Shown piece by piece: positions 30,961-40,209 of a stretch of 64,000 nucleotides of DNA. The stretch is from an uncultured bacterium (GTDB taxonomy: Bacteria; SAR324; NAC60-12): positions 1-64,000 of the forward strand of contig CBFIGY010000012.1 in NCBI GenBank assembly GCA_965662235.1, in the 5' to 3' direction. Position 1 is the first letter of the stretch. The number at the start of each line of letters is the position of its first letter. The notes under the pieces are model-generated. The model searched no databases. It was not told the origin of the DNA and saw only the letters and a list, made by a program, of their open reading frames with translations. The position numbers and the translations under genes were made by a program.

Positions 30961-32115
30961 ATGAGATTAAAAGACTTCTTCAAAATTCTCTTTGCCTGCG
31001 GTAGCGGGCTCTGCTGGGCAGTTTCTGCAGGGGCCGAGACCAAGAATGCGGGATTGGGCCCAATTGAAATCCGTCCTCAGTTTCCACTGACCCAGGCGTA
31101 CCTGGCGCTGTCTCCGGAAACAGCGGCCACGCTGCCGTCCGGAACCGTTCGTTATTCGTACAGTCTCGCCGTCGCCAATACCTTTGTCAACACACAAGGC
31201 GGGAGCAACCAGATCACGCAGGAGACGGTGGACCGGGGCCTCACGACGGCTGATTTTGAAGACGATTCCGGCAACGTCGTTGCCGGGTTTGGCCTCTACC
31301 TGGACGTGGAGAGTCAGCGGCACACCCTGCGCTGGCGCCGTGGCATTGGACCCGCGTCGGAGTTGGGCTTTGAAGTGCCCTTTGTTTCCTTCAGTGGAGG
31401 AAGCATGGACAGTACCATTGAAGGCGTCCATGACATCATTGGCATCTCCAATGAAAAGAATGAAGGCGCGTACCGAGCTTTTTCTGACCGCAACCAGTAC
31501 GCCCACTACATCATCCGAGACGGCACCTTCGTCCAGAGCAATGAGACGCCCCTCAATCTGGTCCGTGCAGAACCTAGCTTTCACTGGAAGTGGATGCTGA
31601 CAGAAGGGGGGGACGTGATGCCGGCAATCAGCCTCAAGCTCTCCTACAAGGTGGGGGACTCGGATCGAAGCGGAAACCTGGGACTGGTCCGCAGCGGCGG
31701 CAGCGACTGGGCGCACCAGTGGCTGTTTGCCAAACGCTTTGATGGCTGGCTGGTGTACTTTGGAGACGGGCTGGTCCGGATTGGTGAGACCAACGGTCTG
31801 GCATCCTTCCAGAGCCACCGCTTCATGGCCATGGAGTACCGCTTCAACGACGGGTACTCCTTTCTCTTCCAGCAGGCCTCCCAGAGCAGCATCTTCCCAG
31901 AAACAGAAGCGACGCTGCGTCTTTCAAACAGTGCAACGTCCGGAGGACAGGAACAGCGCAACGCCAGCCTGAGTGTGCCCAGCAGCGTCATCATGGTGGG
32001 GCAGAAGGTGGTCTGGGGCCGGCTCCACTGGGACCTCGCGATTGTGCAGGACTACAGCAACTTTGGCAATGAAGTGGACTTTGTCGTCTATTCGAACGTG
32101 GGGTTGCAATGGTGA
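30961..32115 (+). CDS. Putative outer-membrane protein (DUF3187-like)
   Basis: Signal peptide, GPIEIRPQFP, LDVE, GGSMDSTIEGVH, amphipathic strands and a terminal Trp. Confidence 0.55.
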   Translation: MRLKDFFKILFACGSGLCWAVSAGAETKNAGLGPIEIRPQFPLTQAYLALSPETAATLPSGTVRYSYSLAVANTFVNTQGGSNQITQETVDRGLTTADFEDDSGNVVAGFGLYLDVESQRHTLRWRRGIGPASELGFEVPFVSFSGGSMDSTIEGVHDIIGISNEKNEGAYRAFSDRNQYAHYIIRDGTFVQSNETPLNLVRAEPSFHWKWMLTEGGDVMPAISLKLSYKVGDSDRSGNLGLVRSGGSDWAHQWLFAKRFDGWLVYFGDGLVRIGETNGLASFQSHRFMAMEYRFNDGYSFLFQQASQSSIFPETEATLRLSNSATSGGQEQRNASLSVPSSVIMVGQKVVWGRLHWDLAIVQDYSNFGNEVDFVVYSNVGLQW

Positions 32116-32756
32116 AGAAGTGGTGGGTGAGCCTGATGCTGGTGGTCACTGTTGCCGGAACCGCCTGGGCTGTGGATGAAACCTTTGTAACGATTTCGAC
32201 TCAGTCCGGAACCCAAGATACCTCGAAGCAGGCGCCGATTCTGGGAGAATCAGAGGGTTACATCCAGGCTCTGGAGCGCACCCAAGGTGCCCTGCAGTCG
32301 GACCGAACGGTGAGCCTGTCCGGAGTGTCGCTGGACTTCTACCGCGTCCATGGCCCATCAGCAGTCGGGTTTGAAGTGAAGCTGCAGCGCTATGAGAAGC
32401 AGTACCTGTTTGCTAACGGAGCAAACGTCAGCCTGAGCGTTCAGCAGTTCCTCTATGGCGTCAATGCCTACCACCGGGGCGGGTGGTGGTTCCCGTTCAT
32501 TGGAATCGGCTCCGGAAGCGTCTACGGCAAGGTCAGTGAGTCGCTGGAGCTCGATGGCACCGCATACAGCGCAACGACCTTTGGTCAGGTGGCAAACCCC
32601 TACTTCTTCCAATATGGAGTCCGCTTCCCCTTTGGCTCGTTTGGGCTCCTCCTGGTCCGTCAGCACCTTTCGGCAACCATGCAGGTTGAGACTGAAAAGA
32701 CGCCGCTGGAACTTGGAGGCGAGGCAACTCTCTTCGGGCTTTCCCTGATCTTCTGA
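32109..32756 (+). CDS. Putative small outer-membrane beta-barrel protein
   Basis: Signal peptide ending AWA, PFIGIGSG strand and terminal Phe. Overlaps the upstream gene. Confidence 0.55.
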   Translation: MVKKWWVSLMLVVTVAGTAWAVDETFVTISTQSGTQDTSKQAPILGESEGYIQALERTQGALQSDRTVSLSGVSLDFYRVHGPSAVGFEVKLQRYEKQYLFANGANVSLSVQQFLYGVNAYHRGGWWFPFIGIGSGSVYGKVSESLELDGTAYSATTFGQVANPYFFQYGVRFPFGSFGLLLVRQHLSATMQVETEKTPLELGGEATLFGLSLIF

Positions 32757-32763
32757 CGGGCGC

Positions 32764-33096
32764 TTAGGCGACCCGCGTTCCGTTGGCAACCTCCTGAGAC
32801 GGGTGCAGCAGCACCACTCCGCTCTCCTCCATTGCCCCCAGCACCAGCACCTCCGACTTGATTCCGGCAATCCGCAGTGGCGGAAAGTTGAGGACGGCAA
32901 CCACCTGGCGACCGACCAGGGTTTCTGGTGTGTAATGCTGAGTGATCTGGGCGGAACTGGTTTTGGTGCCCCACTCGCCGAAGTCAATCGTCAGCACAAA
33001 TGCCGGCTTGCGGGCCTTGGCGTTGGGCTCCACCTTCAAGATGGTGCCGACGTGCATCTGGACCTTGTCAAAGTCACTGTAGTCAATGGGGGTCAA
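32764..33096 (-). CDS. csaA: CsaA/Trbp111-type tRNA-binding chaperone
   Basis: DFDKVQMHVGTI, ARKPA, SSAQIT, NFPP..IAG.KSEVLVLG and NGTRV motifs. TTG start follows AGGAG. Confidence 0.88.
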   Translation of the reverse strand: MTPIDYSDFDKVQMHVGTILKVEPNAKARKPAFVLTIDFGEWGTKTSSAQITQHYTPETLVGRQVVAVLNFPPLRIAGIKSEVLVLGAMEESGVVLLHPSQEVANGTRVA

Positions 33097-33121
33097 TGGG
33101 TTGCTCCTGGGTGTGAGGTTC

Positions 33122-33149
33122 TTGACATTTTGAAGGCACCGCCTATGCT
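33122..33149 (+). promoter_or_regulatory. Sigma-70-type promoter for the moaA leader
   Basis: TTGACA (33122-33127), 16 nt spacer, TATGCT (33144-33149). Confidence 0.6.
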
Positions 33150-33206
33150 TTTTTGAATTCCGGATCTGCCGGTAAGGCAGAACCTTCCCACGAACATGAA
33201 CCAGCC

Positions 33207-33301
33207 ATCTCCGATTCACCCAGCCTAACGCCTGTGGCCAGGGTTGTGTGAACGTGGGTTGCCCGGGAAACGGGGCAGCCTCCCGTGCTTGGAAAGGAGA
33301 T
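33207..33301 (+). ncRNA. Moco-class riboswitch (MOCO RNA motif), apparently lacking P3
   Basis: P1 ATCTCC/GGAGAT, P2 TTCAC...CCTAA...GTGAA, P4 GGTTGCCC-GGGAAAC-GGGGCAGCC, and the conserved GCCTCC and GGAAAGGAG. Directly upstream of moaA, with the SD inside P1. Confidence 0.85.
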
Positions 33302-33306
33302 TTCCT

Positions 33307-34254
33307 ATGATCGACGCATACGGTCGAAAGATCAACAAGTTGCGTGTGTCCCTAGGAGAGGCCTGTAACATGGCCTGCACCTACTGTGTGACCAGCATCA
33401 AGGACCACGTTCCCTCCCCCAAAGCCCTGCCGGGCGATCAACTGCTGCACCTCGTCGGGTTGCTGCACCAGCATGCCGGCATCGAAAAGGTCCGACTGAC
33501 CGGAGGCGAGCCCCTGCTCTTCCGTCACGTCGTGGACTTTGTCCAAGGCGTCCAAGACCTCGGCATTGAGAGCATCGGCATGACGACCAACGGCCTCAAC
33601 CTGAAGAAGTTAGCGAAGCCGCTCCAGGCTGCAGGACTGAAGTCGGTCAACGTCAGCCTAGACTCCCTTTGCCCAGAAAACTTCCGAAAGATGGGACGAG
33701 CCGGGCGCCTAGACCGCGTGCTTGCTGGCATTGATGCGGCTGTTGAAGTCGGGCTGGGAGTGAAGCTGAACATGGTGGTGGTGCGTGACGCCAACGAGCA
33801 TGAGGTGGTGGACCTGCTGGACTACGCGGTTTCCCGAGGCGCTGAGGTGCGCTACCTAGAGCTGATGCGCATGGGACCGCTCCACCAGAAGGAGCCCTTT
33901 CCGTTTGTGTCCATGCAGGAAATCCTGGATCGCATTGGAGAGCGGTACTCCTGGCACCGTGTTGAGGCGGAAACCGACGCCACCGCTCAGCGTTTCTGGG
34001 TTCCCGGAGGGCACTTCGGAATCATCCCCAACGAAAGTGCTCCGTTCTGCTCAACCTGCTCCCGCCTGCGGTTGACTTCTGACGGGCACCTGGTGGGCTG
34101 CCTGAGCAACCCAATCGAAACCTCCATCCGGCACCTGCTGGAGCAGGAAGAGGTGGCGGAAGACCTCCAGCACCTGGTCCGGAAGTCGGTCGCCTACAAG
34201 CAACCGGCAGCCTTCACCGGCTCCGAACTCGGGATGTCCCGAGTTGGTGGGTGA
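33307..34254 (+). CDS. moaA: GTP 3',8-cyclase MoaA (radical SAM)
   Basis: IDAYGRKINKLRVS, CNMACTYC, RLTGGEP, FCSTCSRLRLTSDG...CL and C-terminal MSRVGG. Confidence 0.93.
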   Translation: MIDAYGRKINKLRVSLGEACNMACTYCVTSIKDHVPSPKALPGDQLLHLVGLLHQHAGIEKVRLTGGEPLLFRHVVDFVQGVQDLGIESIGMTTNGLNLKKLAKPLQAAGLKSVNVSLDSLCPENFRKMGRAGRLDRVLAGIDAAVEVGLGVKLNMVVVRDANEHEVVDLLDYAVSRGAEVRYLELMRMGPLHQKEPFPFVSMQEILDRIGERYSWHRVEAETDATAQRFWVPGGHFGIIPNESAPFCSTCSRLRLTSDGHLVGCLSNPIETSIRHLLEQEEVAEDLQHLVRKSVAYKQPAAFTGSELGMSRVGG

Positions 34255-34340
34255 TGCGTAAAAGACTTGCTCCGTTTCTGACTTTACGGTAAAAAGATAA
34301 GTTTAGTTTTTTCAACACTCTTTACCTCAGTCAAGGTTTC

Positions 34341-34475
34341 ATGAAACGGACTTTCCAACCGAACGTACGGCGTCGTAAGAAGAAGCACGGGTTTCGCGCC
34401 CGCATGGCGACTCCAGGGGGTCGCAAGGTGATCAGCCGTCGCCGAGCCAAGGGGCGCAAGCGCCTGAGCGCCTGA
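34341..34475 (+). CDS. rpmH: 50S ribosomal protein L34
   Basis: Translated by hand as [44 protein letters not shown]. Not in the ORF track. Confidence 0.97.
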   Translation: MKRTFQPNVRRRKKKHGFRARMATPGGRKVISRRRAKGRKRLSA

Positions 34476-34873
34476 TGAAGGAGCGGAGTTTTCCCAAGTC
34501 GGTTCGGTTGAAGCAGGCTCGGGAAATTCGCCCGGTCTTTTCTCATGGAACCTACCGTCCCCTTGGGTTGATCAGCGTCAAGTACCTCCCCAGCCAAGCT
34601 GAAACGAGCCGCTTCCTTATTTCCATCAAGAAAAAAGTTGGGCATGCTCCCCTGCGCAACCGCTTAAAGCGGCTGCTGCGTGAAGCCATCCGGACGGAGC
34701 GACACCGACTGGAGCAGAGCTACGACATCTGCTTCATGATCACCCGCACACCAGGACGTCCGGCGACGCTGGCGTACATGACGCGGTCAGTCCGGGGACT
34801 GTTCCAGGAGCTTGCGCACCCTGCATCCGAAAACCTGCATTTCGCACCCCGAACCGCAAGTCACGTTGTCTGA
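34475..34873 (+). CDS. rnpA: RNase P protein component
   Basis: FPKSVRL and [18 protein letters not shown] (RNR motif). Follows rpmH. Confidence 0.92.
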   Translation: MKERSFPKSVRLKQAREIRPVFSHGTYRPLGLISVKYLPSQAETSRFLISIKKKVGHAPLRNRLKRLLREAIRTERHRLEQSYDICFMITRTPGRPATLAYMTRSVRGLFQELAHPASENLHFAPRTASHVV

Positions 34874-35153
34874 GGACTCAGCTACCGAGACCCAAGCACC
34901 TCCCAGGTGGAGCATTCGTCCCCTCCTGTGGATCATCCGAGGGTACCGCCAGTGGGTGTCTCCGCTGCTGCCCCCCTCCTGTCGTTTTTACCCAACCTGT
35001 TCGCAGTACGCGCTGACAGCGTTGGAGTCTCATGGCCTGTGGAAAGGCGGGTGGCTCAGTGCCCGTCGTCTCCTGCGCTGTCATCCCTTTCATCCGGGCG
35101 GGGTTGATCCTGTGCCCCGAACCTTCCACTTCAAGTCTTCCTCCCGATTCTGA
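34866..35153 (+). CDS. yidD: Membrane protein insertion efficiency factor YidD
   Basis: [22 protein letters not shown]...[14 protein letters not shown]. Start is uncertain. Confidence 0.92.
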   Translation: MSEDSATETQAPPRWSIRPLLWIIRGYRQWVSPLLPPSCRFYPTCSQYALTALESHGLWKGGWLSARRLLRCHPFHPGGVDPVPRTFHFKSSSRF

Positions 35154-36922
35154 TGGAAAAGAACACGTTGTTGGCGGTGGTGCTCTCCATGGCTATTCTG
35201 GTGGGCTGGTCGTTTTTCTTCCCCCCTCCAGAGCCTCCGAAACCAGACACCCCTCCTTCGGCTGAGGTCTCTCAGGCGCTGGACGAAGTGGCCGCCAATG
35301 CGCTGTCCGGAGAGTCAGGAAGCGCTGAGGTGGCAGCAGACACGGCTGCTGCACCAGAAGCCCCTGTTGTGGCCGTAGATGCCAGCCTTCCGTCCCGAGA
35401 AGTGGTGGTGCAGACCGACCGCTTCCGGGTGCTGCTGAACAGCCGCGGAGGCGTGGCGACGAGTCTGCAGTTGACCAGTTACGACCACACCAAGCCCCGC
35501 CTGACCCTGAGCACCTGGTTCCCCTTCCTAGAAGGGGTGCTGGGGCCGGACTATCAGCTTTCGGTGACCGAGGGCAACCGGGTGGAAATGCTGAGCCGCT
35601 ACGTTCCCAATGTGGAAGCCTTTGGGGTGCAGTTTGAAGATGACGCCGAACTGACTCAACGCTTCCGGAACGCCAGTTACGCCATTTCGGTGAACGGACA
35701 AACCCTGGAGCCCGGGACCGATCGGCAGACCTTCTCCCTGGGAGAAGCGGATGAGTCGATGACGGTGGAGCTGCGGTCGGTGGAAGTAGGAGGCGTGCAG
35801 CTGGTGAAGACCCTGACCTTCCGCCAAGGTGTGCACCTGATTGACTACGACCTGCAGGTGATCAACCGCTCCTTCTCGGCCAAGCCCCTGAAGGTCCGGC
35901 AGCTCTTCGGCGAGGCTCGTTTCCACGAAGGTGAAGTGGACAGTCGTGCCGGACACCGTGGTCCGGTGTACTTCAATGATGGCCTAGAGACGCATGGCAT
36001 CGACGAAGCGCGCGACACGCTGCGGGTACCTAGCTTTGAATGGCTGGGGCTGGAGGACCACTACTTCATCAGTGCGGCAGCTCCACTGGCGCCGGTCAAG
36101 GAGGGCTTCTACCAGGCCCGAGAAACAGAAGGAACCGGGCTGGCTCCCTACTACGGCATCCGTCTGCCCCTCGTGGAACTGCTTCCGGGCAAGCTTGTGG
36201 AGGTGCCCTTCCAGCTCTACTTTGGTCCGAAGGACGAAGCGGAGATGACCAAGTTCGGACGGAATCTGAACCAGTCCCTCAACATGACCCTAGAGTCTCT
36301 GGCGGGGCCGTTGCTGTCGCTGCTGCGAGGCATCTATAGCGTGGTGGGGAACTATGGGGTGGCCATCATCATCCTGACGGTGATCGTCCGGCTGGTGCTC
36401 TTCCCGCTGACGTACCGCGGCATGAAGAGCATGAAGCGCATGCAGCAGCTGGCGCCTAAGATGAAGCGCATTCAGGAGAAGTACAAGAACGACAAGGAAA
36501 AGCTGCAGATGGAGATGATGGGCCTGTATCGCAAGAACAAGGTCAATCCGCTCGGAGGCTGCCTTCCGTTGCTGCTGCAGATTCCGGTGTTCCTAGCCCT
36601 CTACAGCGCCCTTTCCAGCGCAGTGGAGCTCCGGCATGCGCCCTTCGGACTATGGCTCAGTGACCTGTCACAGGCCGATGGCTTGGGCATCACACCAATT
36701 CTGATGGGGGTCACCCTCTTCTTCCAGCAAAAGCTGACGCCGCAGAGCGCGGTCATGGATCCGACTCAGGCGAAGATCATGCAGCTGATGCCGCTGGTGT
36801 TTGCTGTCTTCAGCTTCACCTTCCCGTCTGGACTGGTCCTGTACTGGGTCACCAGCAACCTGCTCTCCATGGGGCAGCAGCAGATCATCAACCGGATCAA
36901 GACTCCGGAAATTCAGGACTGA
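35153..36922 (+). CDS. yidC: Membrane protein insertase YidC
   Basis: N-terminal TM and large periplasmic domain, with YFGPK, GNYGVAIIILT, NPLGGCLP, ELRHAPF and GLVLYW motifs. Confidence 0.96.
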   Translation: MEKNTLLAVVLSMAILVGWSFFFPPPEPPKPDTPPSAEVSQALDEVAANALSGESGSAEVAADTAAAPEAPVVAVDASLPSREVVVQTDRFRVLLNSRGGVATSLQLTSYDHTKPRLTLSTWFPFLEGVLGPDYQLSVTEGNRVEMLSRYVPNVEAFGVQFEDDAELTQRFRNASYAISVNGQTLEPGTDRQTFSLGEADESMTVELRSVEVGGVQLVKTLTFRQGVHLIDYDLQVINRSFSAKPLKVRQLFGEARFHEGEVDSRAGHRGPVYFNDGLETHGIDEARDTLRVPSFEWLGLEDHYFISAAAPLAPVKEGFYQARETEGTGLAPYYGIRLPLVELLPGKLVEVPFQLYFGPKDEAEMTKFGRNLNQSLNMTLESLAGPLLSLLRGIYSVVGNYGVAIIILTVIVRLVLFPLTYRGMKSMKRMQQLAPKMKRIQEKYKNDKEKLQMEMMGLYRKNKVNPLGGCLPLLLQIPVFLALYSALSSAVELRHAPFGLWLSDLSQADGLGITPILMGVTLFFQQKLTPQSAVMDPTQAKIMQLMPLVFAVFSFTFPSGLVLYWVTSNLLSMGQQQIINRIKTPEIQD

Positions 36923-36924
36923 TC

Positions 36925-37890
36925 CTAGTCCTGCGCAAACACCTGGGTCGCCGCGCTCAGCAACTCCGGAACCTGCTCAAGGGGAAGGTCGTTGATGCCG
37001 GCGGCCTTGGAACGTCCTCCGCCTCCGAGCGGTCGGCAGATCGCATCGGCTCCATGGGGGCGAGATAGCGGCGCCCGGACGCTGACCAACCCTCCGCCCC
37101 TTCCATTCTCCACCAACAGCACCAGCCCCTGATCCGGGAACTCCCGAATCGCCTCATTGCTGAAGACTCCGGCCACACGACGCCCCCAGGCTTCATTGGG
37201 AAAGCGGAAGAAGCGAACCGTCTCGGTCTCTACCTCTGGAGACACCGCTTGGGCGTGCTGCTGATCCTCGTGAAAGAAGGCCCGGAGCGCTGGAAGGGCT
37301 TCGGAGTGCTTGGCAAAATCGAGGGGGCTCTCAAACGGGTGCAGCTGCTCAAAGAGGTCCGCTGGCGCGTAGTGCAGGTCCTGCAGCGTCTCTCCGTAAC
37401 CGTTGTAATTGAGCAGCTCTCCGGTTTCCTGAAGCAGAGCGATTTCGGCTTCGCTGAGACTGAGGGAAGCGGCCAGTTGCTGGGCGGTCCGGTGCTGATT
37501 GTCTCCAAATGCCCCTGCGATGGCCCACAGGCGAAAGGCGCCTTCGAGGTGCCGGTCTACCAGGGTGCTGGTGCAGACTTCGGGATCGGGATCAATGTAA
37601 GACGTGAAGAGCGGGCTGTCCGGGAGCGTTCCGGCAAAGTGGTGGTCGAAGTAGTGGACGGTGTTCTGCTGTTCCAGCAGCTTCAGCAGCGGGGTTCGGT
37701 TGACGTCGAGGGAGATGTCGAGGACGGTGATCGCGCACCCGGAACGTTCCTGAATCCGGGAAAGGAGCTGAATGTCGCGCTTGACTCCGGTGATGCGTTC
37801 CGAGTGGATGGGCTGGTGCAACCGCAACTGCTGCAGCGCACACAACCCATCAGCATCTCCGTTGAACACATCAATGTGTGGAGGTGTCAC
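36925..37890 (-). CDS. DHH-family phosphoesterase (DHH/DHHA1)
   Basis: DVFNGDADG, VLDIS, YFDHH and C-terminal GGGRSKAAG motifs. Confidence 0.8.
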   Translation of the reverse strand: MTPPHIDVFNGDADGLCALQQLRLHQPIHSERITGVKRDIQLLSRIQERSGCAITVLDISLDVNRTPLLKLLEQQNTVHYFDHHFAGTLPDSPLFTSYIDPDPEVCTSTLVDRHLEGAFRLWAIAGAFGDNQHRTAQQLAASLSLSEAEIALLQETGELLNYNGYGETLQDLHYAPADLFEQLHPFESPLDFAKHSEALPALRAFFHEDQQHAQAVSPEVETETVRFFRFPNEAWGRRVAGVFSNEAIREFPDQGLVLLVENGRGGGLVSVRAPLSRPHGADAICRPLGGGGRSKAAGINDLPLEQVPELLSAATQVFAQD

Positions 37891-38069
37891 TGGGCAAAGA
37901 AAAAGATTTGCAGACTGAACAGGGTTGCAAAGAGCACCACTCCCCCCAGAGCGATGGTGATGGGAGTGTTGAGGGCTCCGTTGCTGCGAAACCGTCGGTT
38001 GACCTCGTGCTTCTCAAAGCGACGGATGGGGTCCCGGCGGATAAAGGTTTGGCTTTTCATCACAGACAT
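37887..38069 (-). CDS. Small hypothetical membrane protein (60 aa)
   Basis: Basic N-terminus and a single C-terminal hydrophobic helix. GTGA overlap with the DHH gene; lies downstream of a sigma-54-like site. Confidence 0.5.
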   Translation of the reverse strand: MSVMKSQTFIRRDPIRRFEKHEVNRRFRSNGALNTPITIALGGVVLFATLFSLQIFFFAQ

Positions 38070-38127
38070 GGCGCTCGAAATGACAAAGAGAGTGCATCAG
38101 ACCCCCCAAAGGGGACAGATCAGTCTC

Positions 38128-38144
38128 AGCAAAAAGAGTGCCTA
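38128..38144 (-). promoter_or_regulatory. Sigma-54-type -24/-12 promoter
   Basis: The minus strand reads TAGGCACTCTTTTTGCT, which is GG-N10-GC with GGCAC and TTGCT. Confidence 0.55.
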
Positions 38145-38147
38145 AAT

Positions 38148-39242
38148 TTAGTCTGTTAAACGATTCAGGGCGCGAGTTTGGTTCCGGAGGTAGTGATCGG
38201 CGAGGACCAAGGCCACCATCGCGTCAATCATTGGGACCGCCCGAGGCAGCACGCAGGGGTCATGCCGACCCTTGGCGCGGAGCTTGGTGGCCTCGCCCGA
38301 CTGGGTCACGGTGTCTTGCTCAAAGTTGATGGTCGCTGTGGGCTTAAAGGCGACCCGGAAGTCGATGGGCTCTCCGTTGCTGATGCCCCCCTGAATGCCA
38401 CCAGACCGGTTGGTTTGCGGGCGGATCTGCCCGGATTCGGAGGTGAAGGCGTCGTTGTGCTGAGACCCCTTGAGGAGGACGGAGTCGAAGCCCAAGCCAA
38501 ACTCCACTCCTCGGGTAGCCGGGAGGGACATCATCGCCTTGGCGAGGTCGGCTGTGAGTTTGTCAAAGACGGGTTCACCGAGTCCCGGAGGCAGGTTACG
38601 GGCGTGGGCGCGGATGATGCCTCCAACGCTATCTCCTCCTTTGCGGGCTTCCAGGATCCGGGCCTCCATGCGGGCGCTGGCTTCCGGGTCCGGACACCGA
38701 ACCACACTGGCTTCAATGGCGTCTGCGGTCACCTCCTCCGGGTTGATGTCCGAACGCAGGTCGTGGATCTGTTCGACCCATGAGAGGATTTCGGCGCCGC
38801 ACAGCTGCTTGAGCAGCTTCTTGGCAACGGCCCCTGCGGCCACACGTCCGATGGTCTCCCGGGCGCTGGAACGACCACCACCCATCCAGTTCCGGAAGCC
38901 GTACTTGCGGTCGTAGGTGAAATCGGCGTGGCTGGGACGGTAGAGTTCCTTGAGGTGGTCGTAGGCCTGGGGTCGGGCGTCTTCGTTGCGGACCAGCACA
39001 GCGAGCGCGGTGCCGGTGGTGCGTCCGTCAAACACGCCAGAGAGGATCTCGGCGGTGTCGCTTTCTTTACGCTGTGTGGTGATCTTGCTCTGTCCGGGGC
39101 GCCGTCGGTCCAGGTCGGTCTGAATGTCGTCTAGGGAAAGTTCCAGTCCGGCAGGGCAGCCGTCGATGACGACGCCGATGCCGCCGCCGTGGGACTCGCC
39201 CCAGGTGGTAATACGGAAAAGGTGGCCGAAGCTATCGCCCAT
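38148..39242 (-). CDS. aroC: Chorismate synthase
   Basis: [41 protein letters not shown] and GRHDPCV motifs. Confidence 0.97.
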   Translation of the reverse strand: MGDSFGHLFRITTWGESHGGGIGVVIDGCPAGLELSLDDIQTDLDRRRPGQSKITTQRKESDTAEILSGVFDGRTTGTALAVLVRNEDARPQAYDHLKELYRPSHADFTYDRKYGFRNWMGGGRSSARETIGRVAAGAVAKKLLKQLCGAEILSWVEQIHDLRSDINPEEVTADAIEASVVRCPDPEASARMEARILEARKGGDSVGGIIRAHARNLPPGLGEPVFDKLTADLAKAMMSLPATRGVEFGLGFDSVLLKGSQHNDAFTSESGQIRPQTNRSGGIQGGISNGEPIDFRVAFKPTATINFEQDTVTQSGEATKLRAKGRHDPCVLPRAVPMIDAMVALVLADHYLRNQTRALNRLTD

Positions 39243-39243
39243 G

Positions 39244-40044
39244 TCAGTTTGTGGCTAAGGGTTGGAGGTCGGACAGGTCGGCCTGCTTCAGGTTGAGCGA
39301 GGCGGCCAGCGCCTGATTTTCGGCAATGCCAGCCTGCACGTCCCGAGGGTGGTGGCAGTCGGAGTTGCAGATGACCTGAATGGGGTACTCCTGAGCCAGC
39401 TCCCAGAAGGGGAGCCACGGATACGGCGCGCGCGCGCCGGTGGAACCCGGCACCTTCGGCTTCCGGAGGCCGTAGCCGTTGAGTTCCAGTGGCACTCCGG
39501 TTTCTGCAGCCGCCGCAAGGATGTCCCGGGAGCAAGCGGCGACGTCTTCCGTCCAGCTCATCTGCACGCCTCCGAAAAGGTCTGGATGCGCGATGAAGGC
39601 GAACAAGCCGGTTTCCATCATGTTCTGGAGGTACTGGGCATACGCGTTCAGCTGAGGGGCGGTGCGCAGCTCGACGAACGAGTTGAGCCACTCTCCCTGA
39701 AACGGGGTGAAGTGTCCGGCGCCAATGAGGTAGCTGAAGTTGCGGGCGCCGAGAAGCTCGTCGGCAAAGTAGTGGTGAAAGTCCGGGATGTACTCGCATT
39801 CCATGCCCAGCAGCACCTGCACCTCCGGAACCGTTTCTGCTGCGCGGTGGACGGCTGCAACGTAGTCGTCCAGCTCGTCAAAGCGCATGCGGACGTCCGG
39901 CCACCGGTTGTCCGGAAGCGCGGCGTGGTCAGAGACCCCAAAGGTGTGCATGCCGCCGCGGGCCGCTGCTTGAACGTAATCGACGACGTCTTCATCCGCA
40001 TGCTGGCAACGGAAGGTGTGGGAATGGTAGTTGGCGAGTGGCAA
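39244..40044 (-). CDS. PHP-family phosphatase (HisJ/HisK-type histidinol-phosphatase)
   Basis: NYHSHT.RC.HA, SDH, GMECEY, AHPD, ELN and NSDCH motifs. Confidence 0.8.
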   Translation of the reverse strand: MPLANYHSHTFRCQHADEDVVDYVQAAARGGMHTFGVSDHAALPDNRWPDVRMRFDELDDYVAAVHRAAETVPEVQVLLGMECEYIPDFHHYFADELLGARNFSYLIGAGHFTPFQGEWLNSFVELRTAPQLNAYAQYLQNMMETGLFAFIAHPDLFGGVQMSWTEDVAACSRDILAAAAETGVPLELNGYGLRKPKVPGSTGARAPYPWLPFWELAQEYPIQVICNSDCHHPRDVQAGIAENQALAASLNLKQADLSDLQPLATN

Positions 40045-40129
40045 GGCTGGGTGTCATCACAAAAGGATTGAGCTTGAATGAACGAAGATAGCAACGGGTT
40101 ACGAACGTGCAAGGAGATTTCGCCGCAGC

Positions 40130-40157
40130 TTGACCCTGAGACGGGCTTTGGTACGAT
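40130..40157 (+). promoter_or_regulatory. Sigma-70-type promoter of sthA
   Basis: TTGACC, 16 nt spacer, (TG)GTACGAT extended -10. Confidence 0.5.
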
Positions 40158-40209
40158 TATCGCGTTCATTCAACGCGTTTCTCCCCCTCCCCCTTTACGG
40201 TAGCTCCTC

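Noticed and set aside
33082..33100. GTCAATGGG direct repeat at the csaA start
   Set aside because: Two 9-bp copies have no evident consequence and are compatible with chance or trivial slippage.
34255..34340. AT-rich gap upstream of rpmH as oriC
   Set aside because: It is too short, has no DnaA boxes that I could see, and has no adjacent dnaA.
37887..38069. Small ORF as a type IV/Flp pilin partner for the orphan ATPase
   Set aside because: It lacks the G|F/x-x-x-x-E prepilin motif.
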